Below are positions 9,016 through 19,702 of a DNA stretch of 64,000 nucleotides, piece by piece. The notes beneath the pieces were generated by a model. That model was given only the letters and a program-made list of their open reading frames with translations, was not told the origin of the DNA and did not search any database. The first letter of the stretch is position 1. Every line of letters begins with the position of its first letter. Source of the stretch: an uncultured Chlamydiae bacterium (GTDB lineage: Bacteria > Chlamydiota > Chlamydiia > Chlamydiales > Parachlamydiaceae); NCBI GenBank assembly GCA_963830365.1, contig CAWHMU010000036.1, positions 1 to 64,000 on the forward strand, read 5' to 3'. The position numbers and the translations under genes were made by a program.

Positions 9016-10820
9016 ATGTTTTCACTCGCACGCGTGCTTTCTCCAAGAAAAAACACTAACAACTTGGTTGATAATACAATTAGCCTGACCGGCGCCGCAA
9101 ATAGTCAGTCTAAATCCTTTCATCTGACAGTGCTGCTTGGAGCAAGTCCTGTTAAGCTTAAGCGTCCGCGTGATGAGCATAAAGATGGCGACAAAGAGAA
9201 TGTTGGCCTATTGGGAAATCCAGGAGTCATACTAGGCCGGCAAGTGAAGTCGAGAGTACCTGTAGCGGCTTGTAAGGTTACCGATATCGCATTGGCGCAT
9301 ATCGGACAGCAGCTAGATAAGTTCAACTGTTTTAACCCCACTTCCCTTGAAAAGGCGCTGACAGAGAAAGAAATGTTGCGCCGGGTATTCATGCATGTGG
9401 ACGACACAATTAAAGCACAGCCCGAACAAAATCTCTGACCTGGCTAGAAAAGGTAGATGATTCATGACCGTTGATCCCATGCCATTGTTGATAAGCCGAA
9501 AAGCGCGGTGAATGTCTATCTGCAGACATCGCAAGTTGACGATAGCTTGGGTGGCAATAAAAGCTATGCCACGGCTATGGCTTTAGCTTTGTGAAAGGAC
9601 AGCAACTGCCAAACGTAACAGACCTGGTCAAATTAACTTCCAAGCCGCATGTGAATTTAGATCGGTACGCTAGAGAAGCTCAGCTATATCGCGAGGTGGA
9701 TGGCAAAACGAAATCATGCGTTCCCAAATTATATGATTTTGTTGCTTTGCCCAGTATGGGCGAGGGTAAAAAAGAGAGCACGATGTATTTGGAAAGATGC
9801 CGTGCAGGTTCATTTTTACAGTATTATCATGACAGCCTAAAACCGCATTTAGAACAAAAAAATCTCAATACTCCTCAGCAACAACTACCCGTGCTGCAAC
9901 CGTTTTTTGCCTCTTTAATTGCGATTTTAAAAGACTTCCATGCGCTTAATCTTGTGCATGGCGATTTCAAACCAGCCAACGTGCTGGTTAAAATCGAAGA
10001 TGGACGACCACGTCTTTTGCTGGCGGATTTAGATTCGGCACAGCCAGAGGGTCAGATGAAAGCCTCGCGTTTTGTGGCGTCTGCGTCTTATTGTTCGCCA
10101 GAAATGTTAAACTATCGTCAATCTGAGGGCGCAAGTTCGTCTGCCATTGGAAAGCCGATTGACATCTGGGCCTTGGGCTGCTGCTTTTATGGACTCTATA
10201 CAGAACAGCCTTTACGCTGGTCGGCTTTAGTTATGCATGGCTTCACCTTGAAAACCATGTTAAAAAAATTATCTGCCATGTCGGTAAGTGCCGCTGCCGC
10301 CGTTCAAGGCACCCCAACGGATCACGTTAAGCAGCAGGCCAGCCAACTGATAGCTGATATGCAATCCCTTGAGGCTAAGGTGAGAGAGCTTTCTGTTGCG
10401 CATCTGGCTTATTTGAAGGGCATAAGCGAGAGTGCGGCGGATTCCGAAGATTTAGCGGCCAGGGATGCGGCTTTTAAGGATATATCATCAGCTTTGTCAG
10501 CGAATTTAAAGCAGGCAGAAAACGTGGTAGCAGAGCTGGGGCAGGCCGGAGCTCCGCTTGGGGCAGTGCATCAGTCTTTGGATAGTTTTTTTGCAACGAT
10601 TAAGGCTAAAATTAATGAGACATGGGATGCTTTGAATAGCGCACCTGAACCAGATCCTGATAATGACCCTATGGTGCATTTGATCTGGCAGATGTTAAGA
10701 CCGATGGTAGATAAAAGAAGCTCTATCGAAACCGTTGCCGAATTTTTTCATGAGCATTTTGGAAAACAAGAAATGGATGTTTCTGCTAAGCCGAATACTC
10801 AACAAGAAGAAATGAAATAG
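9016..10820 (+). pseudogene. Ser/Thr protein kinase with disrupted 5' region (fragments 9016-9438 and 9591-10820)
   Basis: HGDFKPAN, LADLD, YCSPE, DIWALG in the 3' ORF; stops and frame changes between 9436 and 9593. Confidence 0.65.
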
Positions 10821-10987
10821 GGTTGACTAAGCAGGCTAAAAGCAAAGCCCATTTGTTCTTCTCGGGATTTTATATTTCATTCTACACACGTGTGCTCCGA
10901 ACACTTTTTATGGCATTCTTTAAATCCTTTTGCTAGAATAACTTCCGCCATTCGCGGAAAGGCTATAAAGTATAAGAGGTTGCTTGT

Positions 10988-12157
10988 ATGTCACTTTCAG
11001 TTTCCGCCGCTGTATGTTTCATTGCCTGCCACGGTGGACCGGCCGATCATTTCGCCACCTTTGCTAAAAATTTAGAGCATGATGGCCACCATGTTGAAAT
11101 CCTAGCTTCCGGTCCGGCATTGAATAAATTTCTGGAAAAAAGTGTCTATGTCAATCACCAGTTTTCTATCGATAAACTTTCAGAGGATGAAAAGGACTTA
11201 TTAGCGGTTCAAATTGCTAAAACCTGCTCGACGGCCTCCGTGGTGATTACCGATGTCGGGGATCCTTTTGCCTATAGGGTGCAACAAGCGCTCGCCAAAT
11301 ATGCCGTAGAAGTGCTTCGTCTGGCCTACTACGACAATCCCGAACCATATGTTCCCGGCGGCTATTCTACTCAAGCTGCCAAAGTGATACTGGCAGCGCA
11401 AGGAATTCTTTTTGGCAACGCCAACCTTGCCAAAGCCCCCCTATATCAGGAACCTAATACAGAAGTTGATTTTGGCGACCGCAAGAGAATTGGCCTTGGC
11501 TACTATCCTGTAAATCAAGGTGCTGATCTCGCCGTACGTAGAGAGAAAGAGCATGCGCCGATGCGCGCAAAGCTATTTTGTAAACATAATATAGAGGATA
11601 ATGGCCAAAAAGTTTTGTTGTACCTTGGCGGCAATAACGAAGAGTACTTTAATGAGGCTTTTCCTGCATTTCTTTCCATTCTAGACAAAACAACGCATCA
11701 ATCCGATCTTTCAAATTTGGTGATTGTGATGCAACAACATCCCGGCGCAAAATCCGCCAACCGCGATGCCAACTTGTTGGCGGCCAAGATAAAAGACTTC
11801 AGCCATACTTCGAAAGCCCCAAAAATTATTATGTCGGATGTCCGCTCAGACGAAGCACTTGTATGTGTAGATGCAGCCTTATATTACCAGACGAGCATGG
11901 GCCCCCAGATTGCTTTGGCAGGCATCCCCACGGTACAAATTGGCCATAAAACCTATGCCGATATCCTGGTGAGAAATCATATCACGCCTTCTGTAACTAA
12001 TGCGCCTGAATTGATACATGTTATCAATGCCTTGAAGCATGATAAAAAAACTAAGCCACAGCAAGAAGTCATACATGCAGCGCTGGGCATTAAGTCGGAT
12101 TGGCTAAAAAAACTTGAGGCAGTTATCAGAACTGCCACGCTGGTATCGAAACAATAG
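10988..12157 (+). CDS. Hypothetical protein, possibly GT-B fold
   Basis: 389-aa ORF; QQHP and TSMGPQIALAGIPTVQ resemble GT-B C-terminal motifs. Confidence 0.6.
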   Translation: MSLSVSAAVCFIACHGGPADHFATFAKNLEHDGHHVEILASGPALNKFLEKSVYVNHQFSIDKLSEDEKDLLAVQIAKTCSTASVVITDVGDPFAYRVQQALAKYAVEVLRLAYYDNPEPYVPGGYSTQAAKVILAAQGILFGNANLAKAPLYQEPNTEVDFGDRKRIGLGYYPVNQGADLAVRREKEHAPMRAKLFCKHNIEDNGQKVLLYLGGNNEEYFNEAFPAFLSILDKTTHQSDLSNLVIVMQQHPGAKSANRDANLLAAKIKDFSHTSKAPKIIMSDVRSDEALVCVDAALYYQTSMGPQIALAGIPTVQIGHKTYADILVRNHITPSVTNAPELIHVINALKHDKKTKPQQEVIHAALGIKSDWLKKLEAVIRTATLVSKQ

Positions 12158-12295
12158 CTACCAATGAGGTCTCCATGTTTGGCCTTGTTGATACAACAAG
12201 CCTTTCATCGGCAAATCGAACAGAATGTTCATAAGTCACGAAATTTCAGCGGCGGTGGCTGCCGCTAAATGGGCCGGCCAAGGAAATCGCCGTTG

Positions 12296-12560
12296 GCGAC
12301 GCCCTGCCATATACAGCATGGACTGTAAGATGAGCGCGTTTCTATCACGCCGGCTTATGAGCTCTACCACGCTCTGAATCGCCAAAAGCGCATGGCCATG
12401 CTGATGCTCTATCCGTGCAGCTGTCATGGGATCAAGCAACCCAAACTGCTTATCGATTTACTCATCGATCTACTTATCGATTTACTCATCGATCTACTCA
12501 TCGATCTACTCATCGATGGCGCCGTATGCAATTTGGCCAGGTTCAAACAACACCTGTTGG
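12296..12560 (+). pseudogene. Degenerate copy of the S9 peptidase C-terminus
   Basis: Aligns by eye with 7860-8060 (TPC.IQHGL*DERV..T.AYELYHA.NRQK); in-frame TAA. Confidence 0.8.
12449..12517 (+). repeat. 12-bp tandem repeat (ctYatcgatYta) x5.75
   Basis: Direct reading of 12449-12517. Confidence 0.95.
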
Positions 12561-12634
12561 ATCGGTAACTTTTGCCATTATAGCGGGCTTTTTATATGAT
12601 GGTGCATTCACGCTTTAAAGAAGGTAAGCACTCC

Positions 12635-13699
12635 ATGTTTTCAACTGCGCCGTCAGCCACGAAAAAATCCCCATCCGCGTGTGAGCATCAAGCGCCAGCT
12701 GAGGGATTCGATCTCGCCAAGCGGCCGCGCCGCAACCGCAAAAGCCCCGCCATGCGCGGTCTGCTGCAGGAGACGCGCCTGCATGCCAGCAATTTCGTCG
12801 CACCCTGTTTTGTGCTTGAGGGCACGGCGCAAAAGCAAGCCATCGCCAGCATGCCGGGAGTCTACCGCTTGTCGATCGATCTCTTGCTGAAAGAAGTCGA
12901 AACACTTCTGAAATTAGGCGTCAGGGCCATCAACCTCTTCCCCGTGATCCCTGCGGACCAGAAGGACAGTTTAGGTTCGGCCGCGCTAAGGGATGACAAC
13001 TTGCTCGTGCGCAGCATCAGGGCCTTGAAAGGGGAATTTCCCGAACTCTGCGTGATGGCAGACATCGCGCTTGACCCCTTTACCGACCATGGGCATGACG
13101 GCCTGGTCGATGGCGACGGTTATGTCATCAATGATGCCACCGTCATCAAGCTGGCCGAGATGTCCATTTTGACCGCCCAGGCGGGCGCCGATGTGGTGGC
13201 CCCAAGCGATATGATGGATGGGCGCGTGGCCTATATCCGCGCGGCGCTCGACCGGGCCGGTTTTGACACTGTCAGCATCCTGGCTTATGCTGCCAAATAT
13301 GCTTCGGCCTTCTATGGGCCTTTCCGTGAGGCGTTGAGTTCGGCGCCTAAATTCGGGGATAAGAAGGGGTATCAGCTAAACCCCGCCAACACGCGCGAAG
13401 CTCTTATCGAATGCCTGCTGGATGAAGATGAAGCCGCCGATATGCTGCTGATCAAGCCGGCCTTGGCCTATCTCGATATCATCGCCAAGGTGCGGCAGGC
13501 CACCCACCTGCCTATTGGTGCCTATCATGTCAGCGGCGAATACGCCATGGTCAAGGCGGCCGCCCAGCAAGGGTGGATCGACGGCGAGCGCGTGATGAAA
13601 GAGTGCCTGCTGTCCATCAAACGCGCCGGGGCCGACTTCATCCTGACCTATGCCGCGCGCGAAATGGCCGAGCAGTTGAAAATTAATTCGGATTGTTAG
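12635..13699 (+). CDS. hemB: Porphobilinogen synthase
   Basis: RPRRNR, DIALDPFTDHGHDG, APSDMMDGRV, YGPFR, IKPALAYLD, YHVSGEY; start uncertain. Confidence 0.97.
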   Translation: MFSTAPSATKKSPSACEHQAPAEGFDLAKRPRRNRKSPAMRGLLQETRLHASNFVAPCFVLEGTAQKQAIASMPGVYRLSIDLLLKEVETLLKLGVRAINLFPVIPADQKDSLGSAALRDDNLLVRSIRALKGEFPELCVMADIALDPFTDHGHDGLVDGDGYVINDATVIKLAEMSILTAQAGADVVAPSDMMDGRVAYIRAALDRAGFDTVSILAYAAKYASAFYGPFREALSSAPKFGDKKGYQLNPANTREALIECLLDEDEAADMLLIKPALAYLDIIAKVRQATHLPIGAYHVSGEYAMVKAAAQQGWIDGERVMKECLLSIKRAGADFILTYAAREMAEQLKINSDC

Positions 13700-13704
13700 G
13701 GGTT

Positions 13705-15324
13705 ATGTTAGGGGAAGCGCAATTCCATGATACCTTACAGGTTTTGTCACAAAAAAAGTTCTTTTCATGCGGCTTGGGCGTCGATAATAACGGGTGGCTG
13801 CGGGAAGTCGGACTGTTTGAAAAAGTCTATGAAATATTCAGAGGGTTGGTGGGTTTGGGCGATCGCACCAGCAGGCCCATTGTTGAATATAAAGTCATGC
13901 AACTTCTCCAATGCGGCATTGAGCATCATTGGCTAGGAAATGATGACGTCGGGATAATCGAGGACCTGGCAGCTCGCTTAGGGATCACAAAGATTAAGGC
14001 TGAGGCTGCTGCCACTGGGCTCGGTGCCTTGGTCCTTAAAATAAGGCATACGCCGCACTTAAAAGAGGATGCGGAAAAAACAAATAAACTTTTTAGTGAA
14101 ACGGAAAAGGTCATAGCCTCTTATAAACGTTGTCATGAGAAAGAACTTAGTCCATTCAGCCCTCTCATGATCTCGTTCTCGGCGATAGCTTTACCCTCAA
14201 CGACTCCTCCGGCGGCGGTAAATTTCACCCCCTTGGCGGCCGGGAATTCAGCGCCGCTAGGCAAGGCGGTTCTGTTCTCCCCCTCTCCTGCCATCATGAC
14301 TGAGGATACCGCCGGTAATCTTTTGGATGAAGATGAAGTCCTGGCCAGCATGAGTGTTTGTGACTCCAACAGGGGGATTGATCAGCCAATGACCGCATCC
14401 TCCCCTCAACATCCTATCCCTTGCCAAGTCGCCACCGCCACCGCTGTCAAAACACCGCGTGTAGATATTCTGAAGGAAGTGTTCGTGGCCGGCAGTCCTG
14501 CCAAAGACACCGTTGAGGGGGATGGAAAATTTAAGGCGCCATCACCCAAGGCTTGGGTGCCAAACAGCGGGATTTCAAACATCGGCTTGCCGCCGACAGC
14601 CTTTCCGCTGGTCGCCGCTGCCAGGGCCGAGAGCTTAGCAGGCATTCTCATCAGCCAACCACCTGTAGGATCGGATCAAGTCGACGAGGTCAAAGCCATA
14701 GCCGAGGCCCCAAAACTTTCCGCTAAAGAGCTGATGCTTGAGGCTATAAAAGAATTTGTGCATGCAGACATCCATGAGGTTTGGCAAGGGGTTTTTAATA
14801 AATTCGATAGGGATATGGTGAAATCGTGGTGCTGCGGCCCAAGCGGAGATTTTAAGCTTGAATTGCAGCAGCCGATGAAAGTCTGGATTCCTGGCAGGGA
14901 TGATAAAGGGGAGCGCGATTGTCCCGTTGGGGTGGTCTTGTTGTGGGGCGTGAATGTAAAAGGAGAGGCGACAAAGGTTGTCACCGGTAACTTTGATAAG
15001 GTCAATAAGGCGATGTATTTCAGCGAAGGATTCAATGTCTATGTCAACCCTAATAGGATTGGGGCCAGCGCCGGCTATCTTGAGTTCAAAGAGCTCAAAT
15101 ACAAAAGCAGGCATGAGATCACATCGTTGACTTACAAAGACCTCAAAGAGGATTATGGCTATTTAGCGCTGATGTTCGTCAGGCGGTTTGCCAGTTTGTT
15201 TGGTCATGTAGATGAAAACGACATCCTGCAGGTCGAGAAAAAGAGATCACTTGCCAATATGGTTGAAAATTGGAATACCGCAGCCAAAGTGGTGAACGAC
15301 GAAAAAAAGGCCTTGGAAGCATAA
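13705..15324 (+). CDS. Hypothetical protein with Pro/Ala/Ser-rich central linker
   Basis: Long ORF, no recognised motif. Confidence 0.7.
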   Translation: MLGEAQFHDTLQVLSQKKFFSCGLGVDNNGWLREVGLFEKVYEIFRGLVGLGDRTSRPIVEYKVMQLLQCGIEHHWLGNDDVGIIEDLAARLGITKIKAEAAATGLGALVLKIRHTPHLKEDAEKTNKLFSETEKVIASYKRCHEKELSPFSPLMISFSAIALPSTTPPAAVNFTPLAAGNSAPLGKAVLFSPSPAIMTEDTAGNLLDEDEVLASMSVCDSNRGIDQPMTASSPQHPIPCQVATATAVKTPRVDILKEVFVAGSPAKDTVEGDGKFKAPSPKAWVPNSGISNIGLPPTAFPLVAAARAESLAGILISQPPVGSDQVDEVKAIAEAPKLSAKELMLEAIKEFVHADIHEVWQGVFNKFDRDMVKSWCCGPSGDFKLELQQPMKVWIPGRDDKGERDCPVGVVLLWGVNVKGEATKVVTGNFDKVNKAMYFSEGFNVYVNPNRIGASAGYLEFKELKYKSRHEITSLTYKDLKEDYGYLALMFVRRFASLFGHVDENDILQVEKKRSLANMVENWNTAAKVVNDEKKALEA

Positions 15325-15344
15325 GCCAAGTTTTTCGCAGCGGG

Positions 15345-17489
15345 CTACTGCCGCTGTTCGTTGATCAATTCATACAGCTCAAGGCCCGTCAGGGCCTGCA
15401 CGCCGACATCGCGCAGCCAGGCGGACATGCCGTAATTCCAGCGCGAGCGTTCGCTATAGGTGTAGAAGATGTCGAAGGGCAGTGAGAAGGCCACGCCCTT
15501 GTCGAAATAGGTCTGCCCGTTGATCTTGTCGTGTGCGCTGGTCCAGGTATACCAGACCGTCATGCGCAGGCCGCTTGGGAAATAGTGGGATATCTCATTG
15601 CGCACCCCCCAGTCGTTGGCCAGAAATTTGCCGGCCGTCACCTTGAAATCCAGGCGCGCCTCTTTCCAGTCGTAATAAAGATTCAGGAAATACTGCGATC
15701 CTAAAAAACGTTTGTGGGTGAGCTTGAAGCCTTTAAGCTGGCGGATTTTATCGGTGAAGCCGAGGCCGCGGTAGCAGCGTTTCTTAAGTATCGCTCCATT
15801 GAGTCCGATCGCCCAGCAGCCTTTTAGAGGGTAATATAGGAATTCAGTGGCCATCCCGCCATATTCTTCTTCGAAATAGCCGACGGCGATACGTGCATAC
15901 AAGCCATGGCTTAGATTCCAGTTCTTCTGCAGGAAGGCTTCGTCAATTGTAAAACCCCGCTGATGGTAATATTTCACCACATCGGTGCGCACCTGGATCA
16001 GCTGGGAAGGGTTCAAGCGGTCATAGCCTTGTTGCTTGCCGAGATTGGTGATGAAATTATACCCGAGCAGCGCGCTGTAATAGATATCCTGCCATAGGAA
16101 GCCGTTGAAAGCCGCATTCAAGCCCAGCGCGTATTTGAATTTGCCGCTGGCACTGCCGAAGAGGGTGTGCATCCTGGGCATGAGTTCGAAATTATACAGA
16201 TTGCGCTTGCGGGCCACGAGATGCAGGCTGCTATAAGGGGCTGGGAAAGTGACCTCTGTCAAGGGTGTCAATACGTTGAGTTCATGCGGCCCCATCTGGC
16301 AGGCGGCAAAGAGGCGCACATAATCCATGCGGTAGTGATATTCCTGAATGGGAAAGCCTTCCGAATTGATCACCACCACGACTTCATCGATATCAGCCGG
16401 TATAAGGCCACCGAGGAGGTGGTTTAGACGATCGCGCACCTCCCTTTCAAGGCGGTAGGTCTCGTTGAGGACATTCAGCCGCATCACCTTTTCCTGGCAG
16501 GCGTTATAGGAAAGGTAGATATCTAACAGGGTTAAGCTTTGTGCCTGAAAGGCAAACAGCAGTTCCGGTGCCAGCACCTCTTCAGGGCGTCTTAAGCCGA
16601 GCGGCTCGGTATTTACCGGCGACTGGTAGGGCAGGGCGTCATCGATCTTGGGCAGGAAGCCTTTGGTCTCGCCGAGGTTATAAAAGGTCGAGGCCGAAAA
16701 GGCCAGTTTGCTGCCGCGGATGTAGCTGATGGAGAAATCGAAATAATCCCAGGCCCGGTATTTAAGGCCGAAGTTGAGCGGCGACTTTTTGACCCGGCCG
16801 CCGGGATGCTTTTCGAAGATTTCACTGTGGTAGGGCGTGGCGTCATATTCGGCCGTCAGGCTCAAGGGCTGCAGCAGGCGCCAGCAGCTTTTACGGAAAG
16901 GCATCAGATTGAAGCCGCCGAAAAAACCTTTGATGCGGCCGGCGCCATAGCCCAAGCTCACTTCAAGGTGGTAAGGCAAAAATACCTGGGTGAAGACGAT
17001 GTATCTGGCATGGAAGGCGCGCGTGCCGATGAAGTCCTCATAGCCAATGGCTATCCCCGGCAGGGCATATTCGCTGTCTTCCGGACTGAATAGCGACAGT
17101 TTAAAATTAGCGCCTTTGTCGGAGAAATCCCCGTAGCCATGTTGCGACAGCACGGGATCGTCGATGCCGGAAAAGACGCGGTAATTGCCGGTGATCTCCA
17201 AGCGGTCGAGCACCTGGCAGCGCAGGTTGTAATTTCGGTAGGGGGGGACATGGGAATAGCCGAAGCCCATCTCTCCCTCTGCTCCCATGCGGGCCGAGGG
17301 CATGGCGAAATAGCCGCCTTGCAGCAGATGGTTGTACGTCACCGGCAAACGCTCGTTGATGCGTTTATTCCAGTAGTCCACCACCAACAGGTCGTTCATC
17401 AGATTTTCCTGGTCAGACAGCTCATCGGCCGGCAAGCCGGCGGCTAAAAAAAGCATCAGCAGGAGTAAATAACGCGTGGTTTGAATCAT
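15345..17489 (-). CDS. YjbH-domain outer-membrane protein
   Basis: GYFAMPSARM, DKGANFKL, GYFEEEYGG, GKFLANDWG, DKGVAFSLPFD; signal peptide from ATG 17489. Confidence 0.85.
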   Translation of the reverse strand: MIQTTRYLLLLMLFLAAGLPADELSDQENLMNDLLVVDYWNKRINERLPVTYNHLLQGGYFAMPSARMGAEGEMGFGYSHVPPYRNYNLRCQVLDRLEITGNYRVFSGIDDPVLSQHGYGDFSDKGANFKLSLFSPEDSEYALPGIAIGYEDFIGTRAFHARYIVFTQVFLPYHLEVSLGYGAGRIKGFFGGFNLMPFRKSCWRLLQPLSLTAEYDATPYHSEIFEKHPGGRVKKSPLNFGLKYRAWDYFDFSISYIRGSKLAFSASTFYNLGETKGFLPKIDDALPYQSPVNTEPLGLRRPEEVLAPELLFAFQAQSLTLLDIYLSYNACQEKVMRLNVLNETYRLEREVRDRLNHLLGGLIPADIDEVVVVINSEGFPIQEYHYRMDYVRLFAACQMGPHELNVLTPLTEVTFPAPYSSLHLVARKRNLYNFELMPRMHTLFGSASGKFKYALGLNAAFNGFLWQDIYYSALLGYNFITNLGKQQGYDRLNPSQLIQVRTDVVKYYHQRGFTIDEAFLQKNWNLSHGLYARIAVGYFEEEYGGMATEFLYYPLKGCWAIGLNGAILKKRCYRGLGFTDKIRQLKGFKLTHKRFLGSQYFLNLYYDWKEARLDFKVTAGKFLANDWGVRNEISHYFPSGLRMTVWYTWTSAHDKINGQTYFDKGVAFSLPFDIFYTYSERSRWNYGMSAWLRDVGVQALTGLELYELINEQRQ

Positions 17490-17690
17490 AGGATGAAGTA
17501 CTTGGATCCTCAGAGGGAAAATCAGCATAGTGGCTAGCTGCCAAAAAAGGCAAGCAGTTATCTTCCCTAAAGCCTGACTGTGATCATAAAATAGTCTCGA
17601 CCCCAAGCCTTGTGATTGTTTCATACTTGTGGGTGATATTGCTTAAGATTGAGCTTTCATAGTTGTGATTTTTCCTTTATTCTTAGGACT

Positions 17691-18923
17691 ATGGAAGCTC
17701 AAATTTACGCGACAGATATTGTAAAGACTCTCGTTAGAGAAGGTTACATCGCCTATTTTGCCGGCGGCTGGGTGCGCGATTATCTGATGGGGCATCCTTC
17801 GGAAGATATCGATATCGCCACCAATGCCCCGCCGGAGAAGATCCTCGATCTGTTTCCCCGCACCATCTTGGTGGGGCTGGCCTTCGGCGTCATCATCGTC
17901 GTGGTCGATGGGCACCAATTTGAAGTCGCCACCTTCCGCCGCGATATCGACTATGCCGACGGGCGCAAACCCTCGCAGATCGAGCTGGCGACGCCTGAAG
18001 AAGACGCCTTCAGGCGGGATTTCACCATCAACGGCATGTTCTATGATCCGTTGCAGGAGGTGGTGCATGATTTCGTGCAGGGGACAGAGGACATCAAGCG
18101 CCATCTGATCTGCACTATCGGCAATCCCTATGAAAGGTTTGTGGAAGACCGGCTGCGTATGATCAGGGCGGTGCGTTTTGCGGCGCGCTTTGGCTTTGTG
18201 ATCGATGCAGACACGCAAGAGGCCATCCGCGCAACGGCCGATGCGCTCTTTCCGGCGGTGGCCATGGAAAGGGTGTGGCAGGAATTTTGCAAGATGTCCA
18301 GCTACCCACGCTTTGAGGCCGCCTTGATCGATATGCAGCGGTTGGGATTGCTGGGGGTGATTTTTCCGGCGCTTGCCGGCGTGCACCTCACTGAAATCAA
18401 GCGGTGGGTGGAGCCTTTTGCGCATTATCCTAAAGGGGTAGCGACGATCATCTATCTGCTGGCCCTTTTCCCGGATGCCGGCAGCCAAGATGCGCTTGAT
18501 CTTTGCCGCTATCTGCGCACCAGTGCCGCCGCTGGCAATCTGGCCGAATTCCTGGTGCGGCTGCGGCAGTGCGTGCAGCGGCAGCAGGTAACGGGTGAAA
18601 TCGACAAGGCGGCATGGGTGCATCTATATGCGCATGCTGAAGCCGAGCGCTGTATCCAGGTGCTGGCGGCGCATATGGCGGACGATGAAAGAGAAATTTT
18701 CCTGGCCGCCCAGCGCCAGCTGGCGCTAGCGCTGGAGGCGCATATCCAAAGAGTGGTGCAAAAGAAGCCCTTGGTAAGCGCCGCCATCTTGCAAGCTCAT
18801 GGCGTTGTTCCTGGAAAATCCATGGGTGTGATATTAAAAGAAGCCGAGCGCCTGGTCATCGTGCATGACTTTAAGCAGGCCGATGAGGCGGTGGCGATTT
18901 TGAAAGAGTCTGGATATTTCTAA
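17691..18923 (+). CDS. CCA tRNA nucleotidyltransferase / poly(A) polymerase family
   Basis: GGWVRD, DIDIAT, RRDFTING, EDRLRMIRAVRF. Confidence 0.92.
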   Translation: MEAQIYATDIVKTLVREGYIAYFAGGWVRDYLMGHPSEDIDIATNAPPEKILDLFPRTILVGLAFGVIIVVVDGHQFEVATFRRDIDYADGRKPSQIELATPEEDAFRRDFTINGMFYDPLQEVVHDFVQGTEDIKRHLICTIGNPYERFVEDRLRMIRAVRFAARFGFVIDADTQEAIRATADALFPAVAMERVWQEFCKMSSYPRFEAALIDMQRLGLLGVIFPALAGVHLTEIKRWVEPFAHYPKGVATIIYLLALFPDAGSQDALDLCRYLRTSAAAGNLAEFLVRLRQCVQRQQVTGEIDKAAWVHLYAHAEAERCIQVLAAHMADDEREIFLAAQRQLALALEAHIQRVVQKKPLVSAAILQAHGVVPGKSMGVILKEAERLVIVHDFKQADEAVAILKESGYF

Positions 18924-18944
18924 TCAGTTACAAGGAGATAGATC

Positions 18945-19700
18945 ATGCTGCGTCAAGTGACTAGTGCCCAACATCCGCTGGTAAAACATTTAGTAAAGCT
19001 GCGCCAGAACCGCGACTACCGCTATGATCACCATAGTCTGGTCATCGAAGGCCTTAAGCTGGTGGCTGAAATGGCCCGCGATACGCATTTCAAGTGTGTG
19101 GTGGTGCGCGACGAGACGCTTTTGCCCAAAGGGGTCAAAGCCGACGAGGTGCTGGTGGTCACCGACAGCGTGATGCAGAAAATCTCCGGCCTGCAGACGA
19201 CAGAAGGCATCGTCGCTGAAATAGCCATGCCACAGCCGGCAGTGCTGAAAGGCTTGCGCTATGTGGTGGCCTTGGACGGCATTGCCGATCCGGGCAATCT
19301 GGGCACGCTGTTGCGCTCGGCACTGGCATTGGGCTGGGAAGGCGTCTTCATCCTGGAAAATAGCTGCGATCCCTTCAATGAAAAGGCCATCCGTGCCGCC
19401 CGCGGCGCGACCTTCCGCCTGCCGCTGGCCTGGGGCAACTGGGAGCTGCTGAAGCAGCTGATCCAGGACAACAAGCTTGAACCGCTGGTTGCCGATCTGC
19501 ATGGAAAAGATCTGGCCGACGTGAGCGTCAAAGCGGGCGTGCTGCTGGTGCTGGGCAACGAAGCGCGCGGCGTATCTGAGGAGGCTAAGACTGCCTGCCA
19601 GGCCGTGACTATTCCGATGTCGGGCGAAATGGAATCGCTGAACGTCTCTGTCGCCGGCGGCATTGTGATGTATATGTTAGGAAAGACAAAAAAGAAATAA
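18945..19700 (+). CDS. TrmH/SpoU family RNA methyltransferase
   Basis: DPGNLGTLLRS, LGNEARG, ESLNVSVA. Confidence 0.93.
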   Translation: MLRQVTSAQHPLVKHLVKLRQNRDYRYDHHSLVIEGLKLVAEMARDTHFKCVVVRDETLLPKGVKADEVLVVTDSVMQKISGLQTTEGIVAEIAMPQPAVLKGLRYVVALDGIADPGNLGTLLRSALALGWEGVFILENSCDPFNEKAIRAARGATFRLPLAWGNWELLKQLIQDNKLEPLVADLHGKDLADVSVKAGVLLVLGNEARGVSEEAKTACQAVTIPMSGEMESLNVSVAGGIVMYMLGKTKKK

Positions 19701-19702
19701 CT

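Noticed and set aside
17643..18623. 326-aa antisense ORF, and similar shadow ORFs over groEL, putA and the FGE gene
   Set aside because: Antisense to well-supported GC-rich genes; no motifs
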